From a virus, in the IMG/VR virus record IMGVR_UViG_3300008116_000011, positions 1 through 64,000 of that record: a stretch of 64,000 bases of DNA; one strand, given 5' to 3'. Positions 38,785-47,193 of this stretch are shown in pieces. The notes under the pieces were generated by a model. The model was not told the DNA's origin. It did no database searches and worked only from the letters and a program-made list of their open reading frames with translations. The position numbers and the translations under genes are program-made. Each line of letters starts with the position of its first letter. Position 1 is the first letter of the stretch.

Positions 38785-38854
38785 AAATTTAATTTTTTAA
38801 TGGGATGAATATATACAAAAATATTAGGGTACAAAAATATATAACACAAAAAAA

Positions 38855-39064
38855 CTATACCCAATCTTCTATTGATGCAAAACATTCTGCTATCACTTTA
38901 GGAGCAAAACTCATTTCTATTCCTGCACACCATCCTCTTACACCAACTAGATCAACCCACCCTTCTTCGGTAGCTAAAACTGTTACCACATCACCCTGTA
39001 AAAAAACAACATTTTCTTCTGATGCATAACCTTTAATAGCGATTAAATTTTTTCCTTTGTTCAT
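38855..39064 (-). CDS. Hypothetical protein (SH3-like)
   Basis: GDVVTVL...EGWV. Confidence 0.5.
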   Translation of the reverse strand: MNKGKNLIAIKGYASEENVVFLQGDVVTVLATEEGWVDLVGVRGWCAGIEMSFAPKVIAECFASIEDWV

Positions 39065-39106
39065 AGCATTTAATTTTATATTATAAATGTAGACAAAAAA
39101 ATATGG

Positions 39107-39295
39107 TTACCCAAACAAAAAACATTGTTTGTCTAACATAATTCCTACATTCATCTGCTCATACCACTCAAATTCACTTAACTGCTCCTCAGGGTAGGTT
39201 GATCTAAAAGATGGCTCTTTGGGGCGTTCACCCTGTACTGGTTTGCCGAAGAAAAATTCCTTAACTGCATTAATAATTTGTTCTAATAATTCCAT
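39107..39295 (-). CDS. Hypothetical protein
   Basis: ATG at 39295 below TATATTTA box. Confidence 0.5.
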   Translation of the reverse strand: MELLEQIINAVKEFFFGKPVQGERPKEPSFRSTYPEEQLSEFEWYEQMNVGIMLDKQCFLFG

Positions 39296-39347
39296 AACCT
39301 TTAATTTTATAATGTAAATATAAAAAAAGGGGGCAATGCCCCCTAAT

Positions 39348-39584
39348 TTATGCTTGAGCTGAAACACCATTTTTTATTAGCTGCTCAATATAATCATCCT
39401 CACTTTCTTGCTCTTTTAATCTCATTACAACCTTAAACATTGCTAACTTAAACAATTCATCAATGTTTGGGTCTTCAATAATTGCGGAGGCAATCATGCT
39501 TGATAAATCACCGCCATTACCTTCGATTTGAACTTTAATTTGATCGTTTACCATTTCAAGTAACAAAATGTTTTTTTCGCTCAT
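39348..39584 (-). CDS. Hypothetical protein
   Basis: ORF between cassettes. Confidence 0.55.
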   Translation of the reverse strand: MSEKNILLLEMVNDQIKVQIEGNGGDLSSMIASAIIEDPNIDELFKLAMFKVVMRLKEQESEDDYIEQLIKNGVSAQA

Positions 39585-39652
39585 AACATAAAATTTTAAT
39601 TGTTAATAATGATTAAATATAGAAAAAAAAACGGGGTTACCCCCGTTTTGTT

Positions 39653-39976
39653 TTATTTGTTTTCTTCATCCTTAAACCATTCAACCCAATTATTAACTGC
39701 ACTTTTAACTGCATTTGAAACTGAATAATCACTTATATCAACAGAATCAATTTCTACCTCTCTACCGTTCATTGATAAATCATAATCATCAAATGCATCG
39801 ATCCCTAAATCCTTAATTTCATCAACAACATTATTAACTAATTCTTTAATTTGTTGATCATTGAGTTCAAAAGACGCTCCGGTTTCAATTTTACTGATCA
39901 TGTCGATTACCTGTTCTACTGAATAAAACCCTGGTAATTGCTGTTTTAAAAGATCGATTGTTGCTTGCTTTGTCAT
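39653..39976 (-). CDS. Hypothetical acidic protein
   Basis: ORF between cassettes. Confidence 0.6.
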   Translation of the reverse strand: MTKQATIDLLKQQLPGFYSVEQVIDMISKIETGASFELNDQQIKELVNNVVDEIKDLGIDAFDDYDLSMNGREVEIDSVDISDYSVSNAVKSAVNNWVEWFKDEENK

Positions 39977-40029
39977 AATTTTTAATTTTATAATGTGAAT
40001 GTAAACAATGAAACGGGGTTACCCCCGTT

Positions 40030-40224
40030 TTATTTTTTGGTTGTTAATAATGTTACTGCGCTGAACATTACAACGAAGAATCCGAATATGAACATCACTA
40101 GTAGAGCCTGTCTGACTGGCTCGCTAGCGCCAGCCGTCCTAGCCATACAAAAAATAACAATTGCGGTTCCTAAAGCAAATGATGTCCATGCTGACTGTCT
40201 TAATAATTTAGGTCTGTTGTCCAT
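40030..40224 (-). CDS. Small two-TM membrane protein
   Basis: ATG at 40224 below promoter 40240-40271. Confidence 0.55.
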   Translation of the reverse strand: MDNRPKLLRQSAWTSFALGTAIVIFCMARTAGASEPVRQALLVMFIFGFFVVMFSAVTLLTTKK

Positions 40225-40239
40225 GTGTTTTAATTTTGA

Positions 40240-40509
40240 TAAAGATACACAACACACACACGGTTTCCAAATTTATGCTGGCAATATTATTTTTGGAGGC
40301 CCAATTATGTTTCGTAGATTTACATTATCGATTTGGATAGGCGCCCCATGAAACGGGTGGAGAGATCAGAGGTAGGTTGCTTAAGATTTCTTACATACAT
40401 CCTAAAAAGCAATTGGTCTAAAGGTACGTACTATTAGTTGGGTCTCCAAATTTATTTTTCCCAAAATGAAATTGGTATGAAGGTACGTACGGATAATTGG
40501 GTCTCCAAT
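40240..40509. promoter_or_regulatory. Cluster of four Bacteroidota-type promoters: minus 40240-40271, plus 40292-40322, minus 40419-40450, minus 40478-40509
   Basis: (T/A)TTG-N19/20-TAnnTT(T/C)A in each. Confidence 0.7.
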
Positions 40510-40521
40510 TTTGGAGAGAAA

Positions 40522-40550
40522 TGAGACCCAGCTCCATCAAGCTGAGTCTC
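40522..40550. terminator. Hairpin downstream of 40581-40835
   Basis: gagacccagc / gctgagtctc inverted repeat. Confidence 0.5.
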
Positions 40551-40580
40551 TAACTGATAACCCCTAATTACCAGTTAATA

Positions 40581-40835
40581 TTAAGCTGCCTTTTCGGCAG
40601 CTGTATTTTTTGGACGACCACGTTTTACAACATCCCCGTTTGCAATTCGTTCTGCAAACATTGCGAGGCGTTGTTGACGATCACTGGTCGGGTTTGGTTT
40701 GCGACCTCTCTGAATTGACAACCCTTGCTCTGCAAGTGTCGCTTTTAAAGCCAATTTCATTTGACGAGCACTGTTTGGGTTTGACTTACGACCCCTTTGT
40801 TTTGTTTCTACTGTTTGTACTGTTGTTTCTGACAT
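40581..40835 (-). CDS. AT-hook-like repeat DNA-binding protein
   Basis: QRGRKSNPNSARQ, QRGRKPNPTSDRQ, KRGRPK. Confidence 0.6.
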   Translation of the reverse strand: MSETTVQTVETKQRGRKSNPNSARQMKLALKATLAEQGLSIQRGRKPNPTSDRQQRLAMFAERIANGDVVKRGRPKNTAAEKAA

Positions 40836-40878
40836 AACCTTTGTTTTAAAATTTGTTTTAATAATTAATTTAACATGG

Positions 40879-40910
40879 TAAATATACGCTGGGTTCTTTT
40901 GGGTTCCAAA
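40879..40910 (-). promoter_or_regulatory. Bacteroidota-type -33/-7 early promoter
   Basis: TTTG-N20-TATATTTA. Confidence 0.75.
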
Positions 40911-41240
40911 TTTGCTTCAACAAAAAGAAAAAAAAAACAAAAAAACATATATACAAAATATTTCGAAGTGTTTTAGTTGTGTCGCAATGCATTTTTGCAT
41001 ACAACAAAAAAACCACAATACCCATTACCTCGCCTCATTCCACCTACTATAGCGCCTTAACACAAAAAAAATCAATGATATACCTATGTTTTGATATACT
41101 TATATGTTGTTTTCTACACTTTATTTAACAACAAAAACAAAAAAACATACGTAAATTCGTTAAGTTTCTCGCGCAAAAAACCATTATCTCTCGTTAGTCA
41201 ATATAGTGTGTAACAAAAAAAAGCACACGGTAACTCAGTT

Positions 41241-41630
41241 TTACTTATCAATAGCCACCCTCATATAGTCACCCTCTTTTGATAACACCACTACATCACC
41301 ATCACGTATCAACCTACGTTTACGTTTCGGTACTAACTTAAGTGCACGTTCGTATTTGTTTTTCAACTCGTACATATCCGCTTCACCATTCGCTATGATC
41401 GAATCTAGTTTTGCTTTTTCAAACAAAAAATCTAATTCCCTATTCGTCAACGTACGTTTCAATTCGGTTATCTGTCTCGTCGTATAGGCGAGTCGTTGCT
41501 CCATTACCGCACACTGTTCTAATCTACGCGTTAATCGTGTTAGTGCCTCCCTCGTTATATATACCTTTTGAGCGTATATATTGCCTGTTATTACTAGTCC
41601 TGTTGTTAGTAACAAAAATATTTTATTCAT
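41241..41630 (-). CDS. Signal-peptide coiled-coil protein
   Basis: MNKIFLLLTTGLVITGNIYAQ. Confidence 0.5.
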   Translation of the reverse strand: MNKIFLLLTTGLVITGNIYAQKVYITREALTRLTRRLEQCAVMEQRLAYTTRQITELKRTLTNRELDFLFEKAKLDSIIANGEADMYELKNKYERALKLVPKRKRRLIRDGDVVVLSKEGDYMRVAIDK

Positions 41631-41647
41631 TATTCGCTGGGTTATTA

Positions 41648-41923
41648 TTATTCATTATCCATCTCATTACCATTATTCTCCCAATACTTGTGAGCCTCGT
41701 CCATAGCAACCAAATACCCTCGCAATTCATCTTCCGTATCTTCACTAAACAAACCACTGTCCAACAATTCCTCTACTGTTTGTTTAACATAATCCAATGC
41801 GTTCTCGTTTTGCTCCGCAAATTTTGCCGGTGTTGGGTCATTAAATGTGTCTTCGAATTGATCTGCTACTGCCCAACCGTGTTGTGAATTAATCACTGCT
41901 TTTACAATGTCTATTGTGTACAT
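41648..41923 (-). CDS. Hypothetical acidic protein
   Basis: ORF below cassette. Confidence 0.55.
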   Translation of the reverse strand: MYTIDIVKAVINSQHGWAVADQFEDTFNDPTPAKFAEQNENALDYVKQTVEELLDSGLFSEDTEDELRGYLVAMDEAHKYWENNGNEMDNE

Positions 41924-41975
41924 AACTTTTATTTAATTAAATGTAAAATAAAAAACGGGGTTACCCCCGCTTTAC

Positions 41976-42209
41976 TTATAATTCTATACTCGCTGGTACT
42001 GCTGGTATGTATTTTAATTTCTTACCTGCTGTTAACTCGTGTATAGTTAAGCTATTAACAAAATTCTTAGCACTTTCATTGTGTCCACCCGCTATATTCA
42101 TCTCAATTTCTTCCCTTATTTCATCCCATTCACCTTGGGTGAAAATATCACCATACTCGTCCATTACAACGTAATACTTAGGTTTAGCTGTTGCTTTTTT
42201 AGTTGCCAT
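41976..42209 (-). CDS. Hypothetical protein
   Basis: ORF below promoter 42238-42268. Confidence 0.55.
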   Translation of the reverse strand: MATKKATAKPKYYVVMDEYGDIFTQGEWDEIREEIEMNIAGGHNESAKNFVNSLTIHELTAGKKLKYIPAVPASIEL

Positions 42210-42237
42210 AATTTTTTATTTTAATTGTTTAATACAC

Positions 42238-42268
42238 TAAATATACGCACATTCATTTGGTTCCCAAA
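42238..42268 (-). promoter_or_regulatory. Bacteroidota-type early promoter
   Basis: TTTG-N19-TATATTTA. Confidence 0.75.
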
Positions 42269-42396
42269 TGTATATACGTATGTTTGTATTGATGTTGTGT
42301 ACTGTTAAAGCTTTGCTATTTTTTGTTTTAAGCTTTACGTCTAATATTTTCGTTAATTGCGAATAGCAAAAGAATGATTACAAAATATACCATAAC

Positions 42397-42624
42397 TTAT
42401 TTATTTATATCTTTCTCAATTTTCCTAATCACCGTTCTAACAACGGGGTACATGGCTACTGTTTCTCTACGTTTAATTCCGTCCTCATCTTCACCTATTA
42501 CCTTCCAAAAATCATATACACCACTACTAGTACCCCAACCAATCCCGTCAGCTTCCACCGTTATAGCATTTGTTATTATACCTAACGGACCACCAACTAT
42601 TAAATCTAAATGATATCTGTTCAT
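42397..42624 (-). CDS. Hypothetical protein
   Basis: ORF track. Confidence 0.5.
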   Translation of the reverse strand: MNRYHLDLIVGGPLGIITNAITVEADGIGWGTSSGVYDFWKVIGEDEDGIKRRETVAMYPVVRTVIRKIEKDINK

Positions 42625-42725
42625 TTGTTATTATTTTACATTATATCCTCACCCTTATGTGTTTTAGCGAGTAGATACGATACAAACATGATGTTTAATA
42701 TTAAACATGTTATTATTGTTCTCAT

Positions 42726-42962
42726 TTATTCATCATACGCTTTAGGTGAAGGTAAGCCACTATAATGACAATCCAAACCATTAATTAATAGGTCTGCTAT
42801 TTTACCACGATTCGCCTCGATTCGATCATCAACATTATCTATTTTGGCACTTAAATAACCCTGAACGAATCCACTAATCCAAAAGTATTTATCATTCTCA
42901 TCACAACCGTGACATCCTTCCCATTGCGTTTCGGCTAATTGTTCTATTTCTTTTAATGTCAT
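42726..42962 (-). CDS. Hypothetical protein
   Basis: WEGCHGC; CHYSGLPSP. Confidence 0.55.
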   Translation of the reverse strand: MTLKEIEQLAETQWEGCHGCDENDKYFWISGFVQGYLSAKIDNVDDRIEANRGKIADLLINGLDCHYSGLPSPKAYDE

Positions 42963-43093
42963 AACTTATTTATTAAGTAAATCTACTAACTTAATTATGC
43001 CACTCACAATAGCCATTCCAATCACAATTGACACTACCGTCATTGCTATAAAGAAACCTATTTCCTCCATTTTATGTATGTTTATTTTATTTT

Positions 43094-43324
43094 TCATTTA
43101 CTGAATAATTCTTTTAACCGTTCTTTTAATGTTAATTGTACCAAATTAAATTGTCCACTTTGCCACCTCACAACCTTATTTCCATTACTACTGTCTTTCC
43201 AAACACACACTCTACAATTCCTAACTGTACCTAACGCTATTGGTAATTGAAATTTGCGGCTATCCTTCTTAAACATAAATAGCGGGTACCACCTATTACA
43301 CGTATAACAACGTTTACCCTTCAT
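43094..43324 (-). CDS. Zn-finger hypothetical protein
   Basis: CYTC...CRVC. Confidence 0.55.
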   Translation of the reverse strand: MKGKRCYTCNRWYPLFMFKKDSRKFQLPIALGTVRNCRVCVWKDSSNGNKVVRWQSGQFNLVQLTLKERLKELFSK

Positions 43325-43325
43325 A

Positions 43326-43535
43326 TTATTTACTCAATTCTTTATCACACATTTCAATCAGCATTTCAGCCAACGGATCATCATTATCAATTATATCACC
43401 ATTCTCATCCATTACCTGGTAGTCATCATGAAGATCATTTTCGGCTAAACTAACACGATATTCCCTACCATCTTCACGTTCAATTGTGAAATGTACTGTT
43501 CTGTAACTTGCTTTGTCTGTGATTTCGTATTTCAT
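43326..43535 (-). CDS. Hypothetical protein
   Basis: Tightly packed ORF. Confidence 0.55.
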   Translation of the reverse strand: MKYEITDKASYRTVHFTIEREDGREYRVSLAENDLHDDYQVMDENGDIIDNDDPLAEMLIEMCDKELSK

Positions 43536-43540
43536 AGCTT

Positions 43541-43756
43541 TTATTTTATAAATTTAATTGCCAATGCTGTTTCTACCTTATCATATTCACCCATTGTAAT
43601 ATCCGACTTATATTCTTTAAGGACACTTAACACCGCTTTTTCGGCTTCATCAGCCGTGAACCCCTCCTTCAACATCAATATCCTACAACATTTATCGGCC
43701 ATTATGTAGACTTTCTTTAGGTCTTTAGGTAACCCTTTCAATAATTTTTTATCCAT
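43541..43756 (-). CDS. Hypothetical protein
   Basis: Tightly packed ORF. Confidence 0.5.
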   Translation of the reverse strand: MDKKLLKGLPKDLKKVYIMADKCCRILMLKEGFTADEAEKAVLSVLKEYKSDITMGEYDKVETALAIKFIK

Positions 43757-43767
43757 AACCTATATCT

Positions 43768-44052
43768 TTAATCTATCATTTCTTTAATCTTAAGTGCTCT
43801 AGCAGTTATATCCTCAATAAATTTCTTTGCTCTATCTACTGTTTTAGTGTAAGCCCAAAACTGACAATACTCTGAATCGAAAACAACGCCGGTACAATCT
43901 ATGTGCTTATTAATATACTCTTCTAAATCATAAGCACTTTCAAAATCTCTGAATCGATAGGCTTTAGCTATCTTACCTGTAATGGTGTACTCTTCTTTAC
44001 TTTCTTCTAACTTGAAAATAGTGAACCCGATTGGATAATTAATGTCTTGCAT
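43768..44052 (-). CDS. Hypothetical protein
   Basis: Below promoter 44069-44099. Confidence 0.55.
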   Translation of the reverse strand: MQDINYPIGFTIFKLEESKEEYTITGKIAKAYRFRDFESAYDLEEYINKHIDCTGVVFDSEYCQFWAYTKTVDRAKKFIEDITARALKIKEMID

Positions 44053-44068
44053 AACCTTTTATTTGAAC

Positions 44069-44099
44069 TAAATGTATAAACAATAATTTGGTTTCCAAA
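44069..44099 (-). promoter_or_regulatory. Bacteroidota-type early promoter
   Basis: TTTG-N19-TACATTTA. Confidence 0.7.
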
Positions 44100-44447
44100 T
44101 TAATGATTATCAGCCCATTTTCTACCTTCTTCCGTTGATGAATATAATACCTCACCATCATCACCTATACTCATCTTAACCATTCCTTTATCTACTAAAT
44201 TACCTAACGTATCACCTACTAATTTTTCAGTTGCTGTTCTAAATGTTTGTTCTAAATCAACATCAGATAAAGCATATGTCTTTTCTTCCCCGGTAATGTA
44301 GTGGAGGAATTTAACATTACATAGTTGTCTTATTTCAATACTCCAATAATCAATTACATCTTCAGGTAATCCATTATCGAATGTTTTTAAATCATTGATG
44401 ATTGCATCTGCATACTCATCACCGTTGCTGAAATTGAATTCCATCAT
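44100..44447 (-). CDS. Hypothetical protein (possible winged helix C-terminus)
   Basis: L.DKG.V......GEVLY..TEEG. Confidence 0.55.
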   Translation of the reverse strand: MMEFNFSNGDEYADAIINDLKTFDNGLPEDVIDYWSIEIRQLCNVKFLHYITGEEKTYALSDVDLEQTFRTATEKLVGDTLGNLVDKGMVKMSIGDDGEVLYSSTEEGRKWADNH

Positions 44448-44576
44448 AATTAATAGTTGTTTCTTCTAAATATAGAGGCTATTTCCTTAACCAATATTAA
44501 AATGAATATTCCCACAATTATAGCGGTTACAGGATAGTCATTCACTAATCTAAATAAATCTCTCATTCAATTGAAT

Positions 44577-44840
44577 TTATGATTCTATATTTGGTTTTTC
44601 AGAAGGAGTTGGTTTACCAACTCCTAATCCTTCAAATTTAAGTAATGCATTTGCAATGTATAATTGAACTTTGTGTAGGTATTTCATTTGTTCAATTTCA
44701 GTAATCATTTTAAGACGATCTGATTCTTTAATTTTACTGTCTTTAAGAAAATCAAGGCAAATTGTTTTGGCTTGTTCTAATGTTTTTGCTTCGAAGACTT
44801 GTGTTGCAATTTTGTCGAGTGTTGATGTAAAATGTTTCAT
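44577..44840 (-). CDS. Hypothetical protein
   Basis: NALLKFEGLG. Confidence 0.55.
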   Translation of the reverse strand: MKHFTSTLDKIATQVFEAKTLEQAKTICLDFLKDSKIKESDRLKMITEIEQMKYLHKVQLYIANALLKFEGLGVGKPTPSEKPNIES

Positions 44841-45059
44841 ACTTATAATTTTATAAGATAAAGATAAATATGTTATTGGGTTTCTCCAAACATTATTCTG
44901 TGTATTTGTTATCTAAATCGACAACATTATTACTCCACCACTTTCTAAATTTATTTGTCTTTGATATTTTTACTAAACGTTCTGTAATTAATATAATTCC
45001 TATAAAAGTAGGAATCGAAATTAATACTAGTAATAGATAAATTTTAACTATCATAATTT

Positions 45060-45614
45060 TTATTCTGCTAGGTATAATCTTAAACTATTGTATTTTGCTA
45101 CTGGGTTGTTTTCAGCTAGCATTTCATATTTGTTAAGTGTATGGTGGTAAGCATCTTTAACAGGTAAGTGAGAGACATTTCCTAACCATTGAGCGAATGA
45201 ATCATTTGATTCATCAACTACTGACTGTGGTGTACCAGGTAAACCACAGAACAAGGCTTCACTCACCTCACTAATAAACATGCCACTATAGAACCCCTTT
45301 AATTCATATTTCTTTACAAATTGATCAGCATTACACCAGATAAACATGTTTTGTTTCTTAGGAATTAAAGCATGTACTGTTTCACTATCAATAATGTAAG
45401 TTGGATAGTAATTATTTTCTCTAAAACGACCAACACCAAATAACCCCCATGGTGAACCATGACCCATCATCATTACACGATCATGTTCTTCAATCAACTT
45501 AATAATATCCGATTTTAACCCTTCTGTTAACACAGTAGTATTAGGTATATTTTCGTAAATCGGCTTTAAAAAGTCGGTTGTTCTGTCTTTGGGGTGTATA
45601 ACTAATGTTTTCAT
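45060..45614 (-). CDS. Hypothetical protein, possible caspase/CHAT-like His-Cys protease fold
   Basis: MMGHGS and FIWCNA motifs. Confidence 0.5.
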   Translation of the reverse strand: MKTLVIHPKDRTTDFLKPIYENIPNTTVLTEGLKSDIIKLIEEHDRVMMMGHGSPWGLFGVGRFRENNYYPTYIIDSETVHALIPKKQNMFIWCNADQFVKKYELKGFYSGMFISEVSEALFCGLPGTPQSVVDESNDSFAQWLGNVSHLPVKDAYHHTLNKYEMLAENNPVAKYNSLRLYLAE

Positions 45615-45616
45615 TT

Positions 45617-45907
45617 TTATCTTTTAATCAACGACTCAGATATTAATCCTACTCCCATGTATATAAGTTGTCCTGCAAGAAATAGTTTATAGAAAATTTC
45701 AATTTGATTGTATTCCACTAAATGGTAAATACCAACAATATACACTAAAGACAATATAAATGAAAGATTAACTAACACTCCAACTCTAAGTTTAAAAAGA
45801 TTATCGTCTTTAGTATTCCATAATAATTTAACTATACCTGATGTAGCAGCAAAATATATTAATATAAATCCTAAACTAGTAAGAAACGATTTTAAGTCTT
45901 TATTCAT
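45617..45907 (-). CDS. Three-TM membrane protein
   Basis: Hydrophobic segments. Confidence 0.5.
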   Translation of the reverse strand: MNKDLKSFLTSLGFILIYFAATSGIVKLLWNTKDDNLFKLRVGVLVNLSFILSLVYIVGIYHLVEYNQIEIFYKLFLAGQLIYMGVGLISESLIKR

Positions 45908-45948
45908 AACCTTTTTTATTTACTTAAATATAAGATAACTTATTGGGT

Positions 45949-46167
45949 TTAGGACTTCTCCTCAGGAATATCTAACATTTCATCTCCAGTAAGTATTCCT
46001 TTATCTTTTAATGTTTTAGTGATAGTGAAATTAATTAATGAAGCAACAAGTTGGTTACTTTTCATTACTTCTACTACTGCTTCTAACTTACGAATCTTAT
46101 ACATACAAAATCCAAAACCAACAACACTGATGATGTTGTACAATTCCTGTAACCCAATTTCTATCAT
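45949..46167 (-). CDS. Small membrane protein
   Basis: ORF track. Confidence 0.5.
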   Translation of the reverse strand: MIEIGLQELYNIISVVGFGFCMYKIRKLEAVVEVMKSNQLVASLINFTITKTLKDKGILTGDEMLDIPEEKS

Positions 46168-46184
46168 TTGTTTATTTTTATATT

Positions 46185-46427
46185 TTAATATTCATCATCA
46201 TAATCATTACCATCATAATAGTTATTTATATCCTTTAAAGATAAAATACTATCCCCCTCACTAACTAAGTTGTGCAATATTCCTTCATCTTCATTTTCAG
46301 TAGCCCAATCTATAAGGTCATCTAAATTATCTACCTCTGCTTCTTCAAATGCATTATCAAGAACAGTATTCCACATCTCATCATCAATGAGTTGCTCATG
46401 AATTTCTAAAAGTTGATCAATAATCAT
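46185..46427 (-). CDS. Very acidic small protein
   Basis: High D/E content, almost no basic residues. Confidence 0.55.
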   Translation of the reverse strand: MIIDQLLEIHEQLIDDEMWNTVLDNAFEEAEVDNLDDLIDWATENEDEGILHNLVSEGDSILSLKDINNYYDGNDYDDEY

Positions 46428-46456
46428 CGTTTTTAAATTTAGGATAAATATACTGG

Positions 46457-46909
46457 CTATTGTTCAAGTATCCAACTACATTCATTAAAAGCTCTTTCAA
46501 TATTTCTTTTAGCAAAGTCTTCTGCTTGTAACTCATAAGGATTCTTCCAATAACCATATTTGTCTAATAATTCAAAATACACTTTCATATCTTGAGTATA
46601 ATGACAAAACTCATGTAATAATGAATGTGTTAAAGATTTTACTGTTTTATTTCGTTTTAAATGGATTGTAATTAAATTATCTTCTTTCACCCAATCAGCA
46701 ACACCAATAAAATGCTTTGTATTGCGTCTTAAAACATTAACTCCTGGTTTGCGTTTCGGTGCTTTATATCTGTATATTTTAAATTTGATTTTTTTATGGT
46801 ATGGTTTGTGGTACTCCTTATGTAATAAGTTAAGTACTTCTTTAACATAAGCAATTAAAACCTTTCTCGGTAGTTTGCGAGTACGAGTATATAAAGATAT
46901 ATTGCTCAT
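46457..46909 (-). CDS. HEXXH zinc metallopeptidase-like protein
   Basis: SLLHEFCHYTQ...NPYELQA. Confidence 0.65.
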   Translation of the reverse strand: MSNISLYTRTRKLPRKVLIAYVKEVLNLLHKEYHKPYHKKIKFKIYRYKAPKRKPGVNVLRRNTKHFIGVADWVKEDNLITIHLKRNKTVKSLTHSLLHEFCHYTQDMKVYFELLDKYGYWKNPYELQAEDFAKRNIERAFNECSWILEQ

Positions 46910-46964
46910 AAGGATCAATTTTCATGTCTAAATATATAAACATGAACTTAACCCTTAAAATTAT

Positions 46965-47117
46965 TTACTCAGATTTTTGATCAGATAACCAAGCGTAATA
47001 TGCTTCTTCCTCGTTTTGTTGATTTAACCATTCATCATATTGATAATCAGCATCAATTGTATCAGGCCATAAATCAATGTATCTATCTACCAAAAGCGCT
47101 TCTTTGATTTTACTCAT
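46965..47117 (-). CDS. Small acidic protein (50 aa; not in ORF track)
   Basis: MSKIKEALLVDRYIDLWPDTIDADYQYDEWLNQQNEEEAYYAWLSDQKSE; promoter upstream. Confidence 0.45.
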   Translation of the reverse strand: MSKIKEALLVDRYIDLWPDTIDADYQYDEWLNQQNEEEAYYAWLSDQKSE

Positions 47118-47193
47118 ATTATTTAATTTTATAGTGTAAAGTTAAAATTGGGAGCTTGGTTTCCCAAACTCCCTATTATAACAACACAATTAA

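Larger units (their letters stand above)
39315..41973 (-). promoter_or_regulatory. Repeated hairpin + T-tract + -7 box cassettes (39315-39344, 39614-39649, 39996-40031, 41938-41973)
   Basis: CGGGGGTAACCCCG in three copies (GGGGCATTGCCCCC variant in the first) followed on the minus strand by a T-run and TAnATT(T/C)A. Confidence 0.8.
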
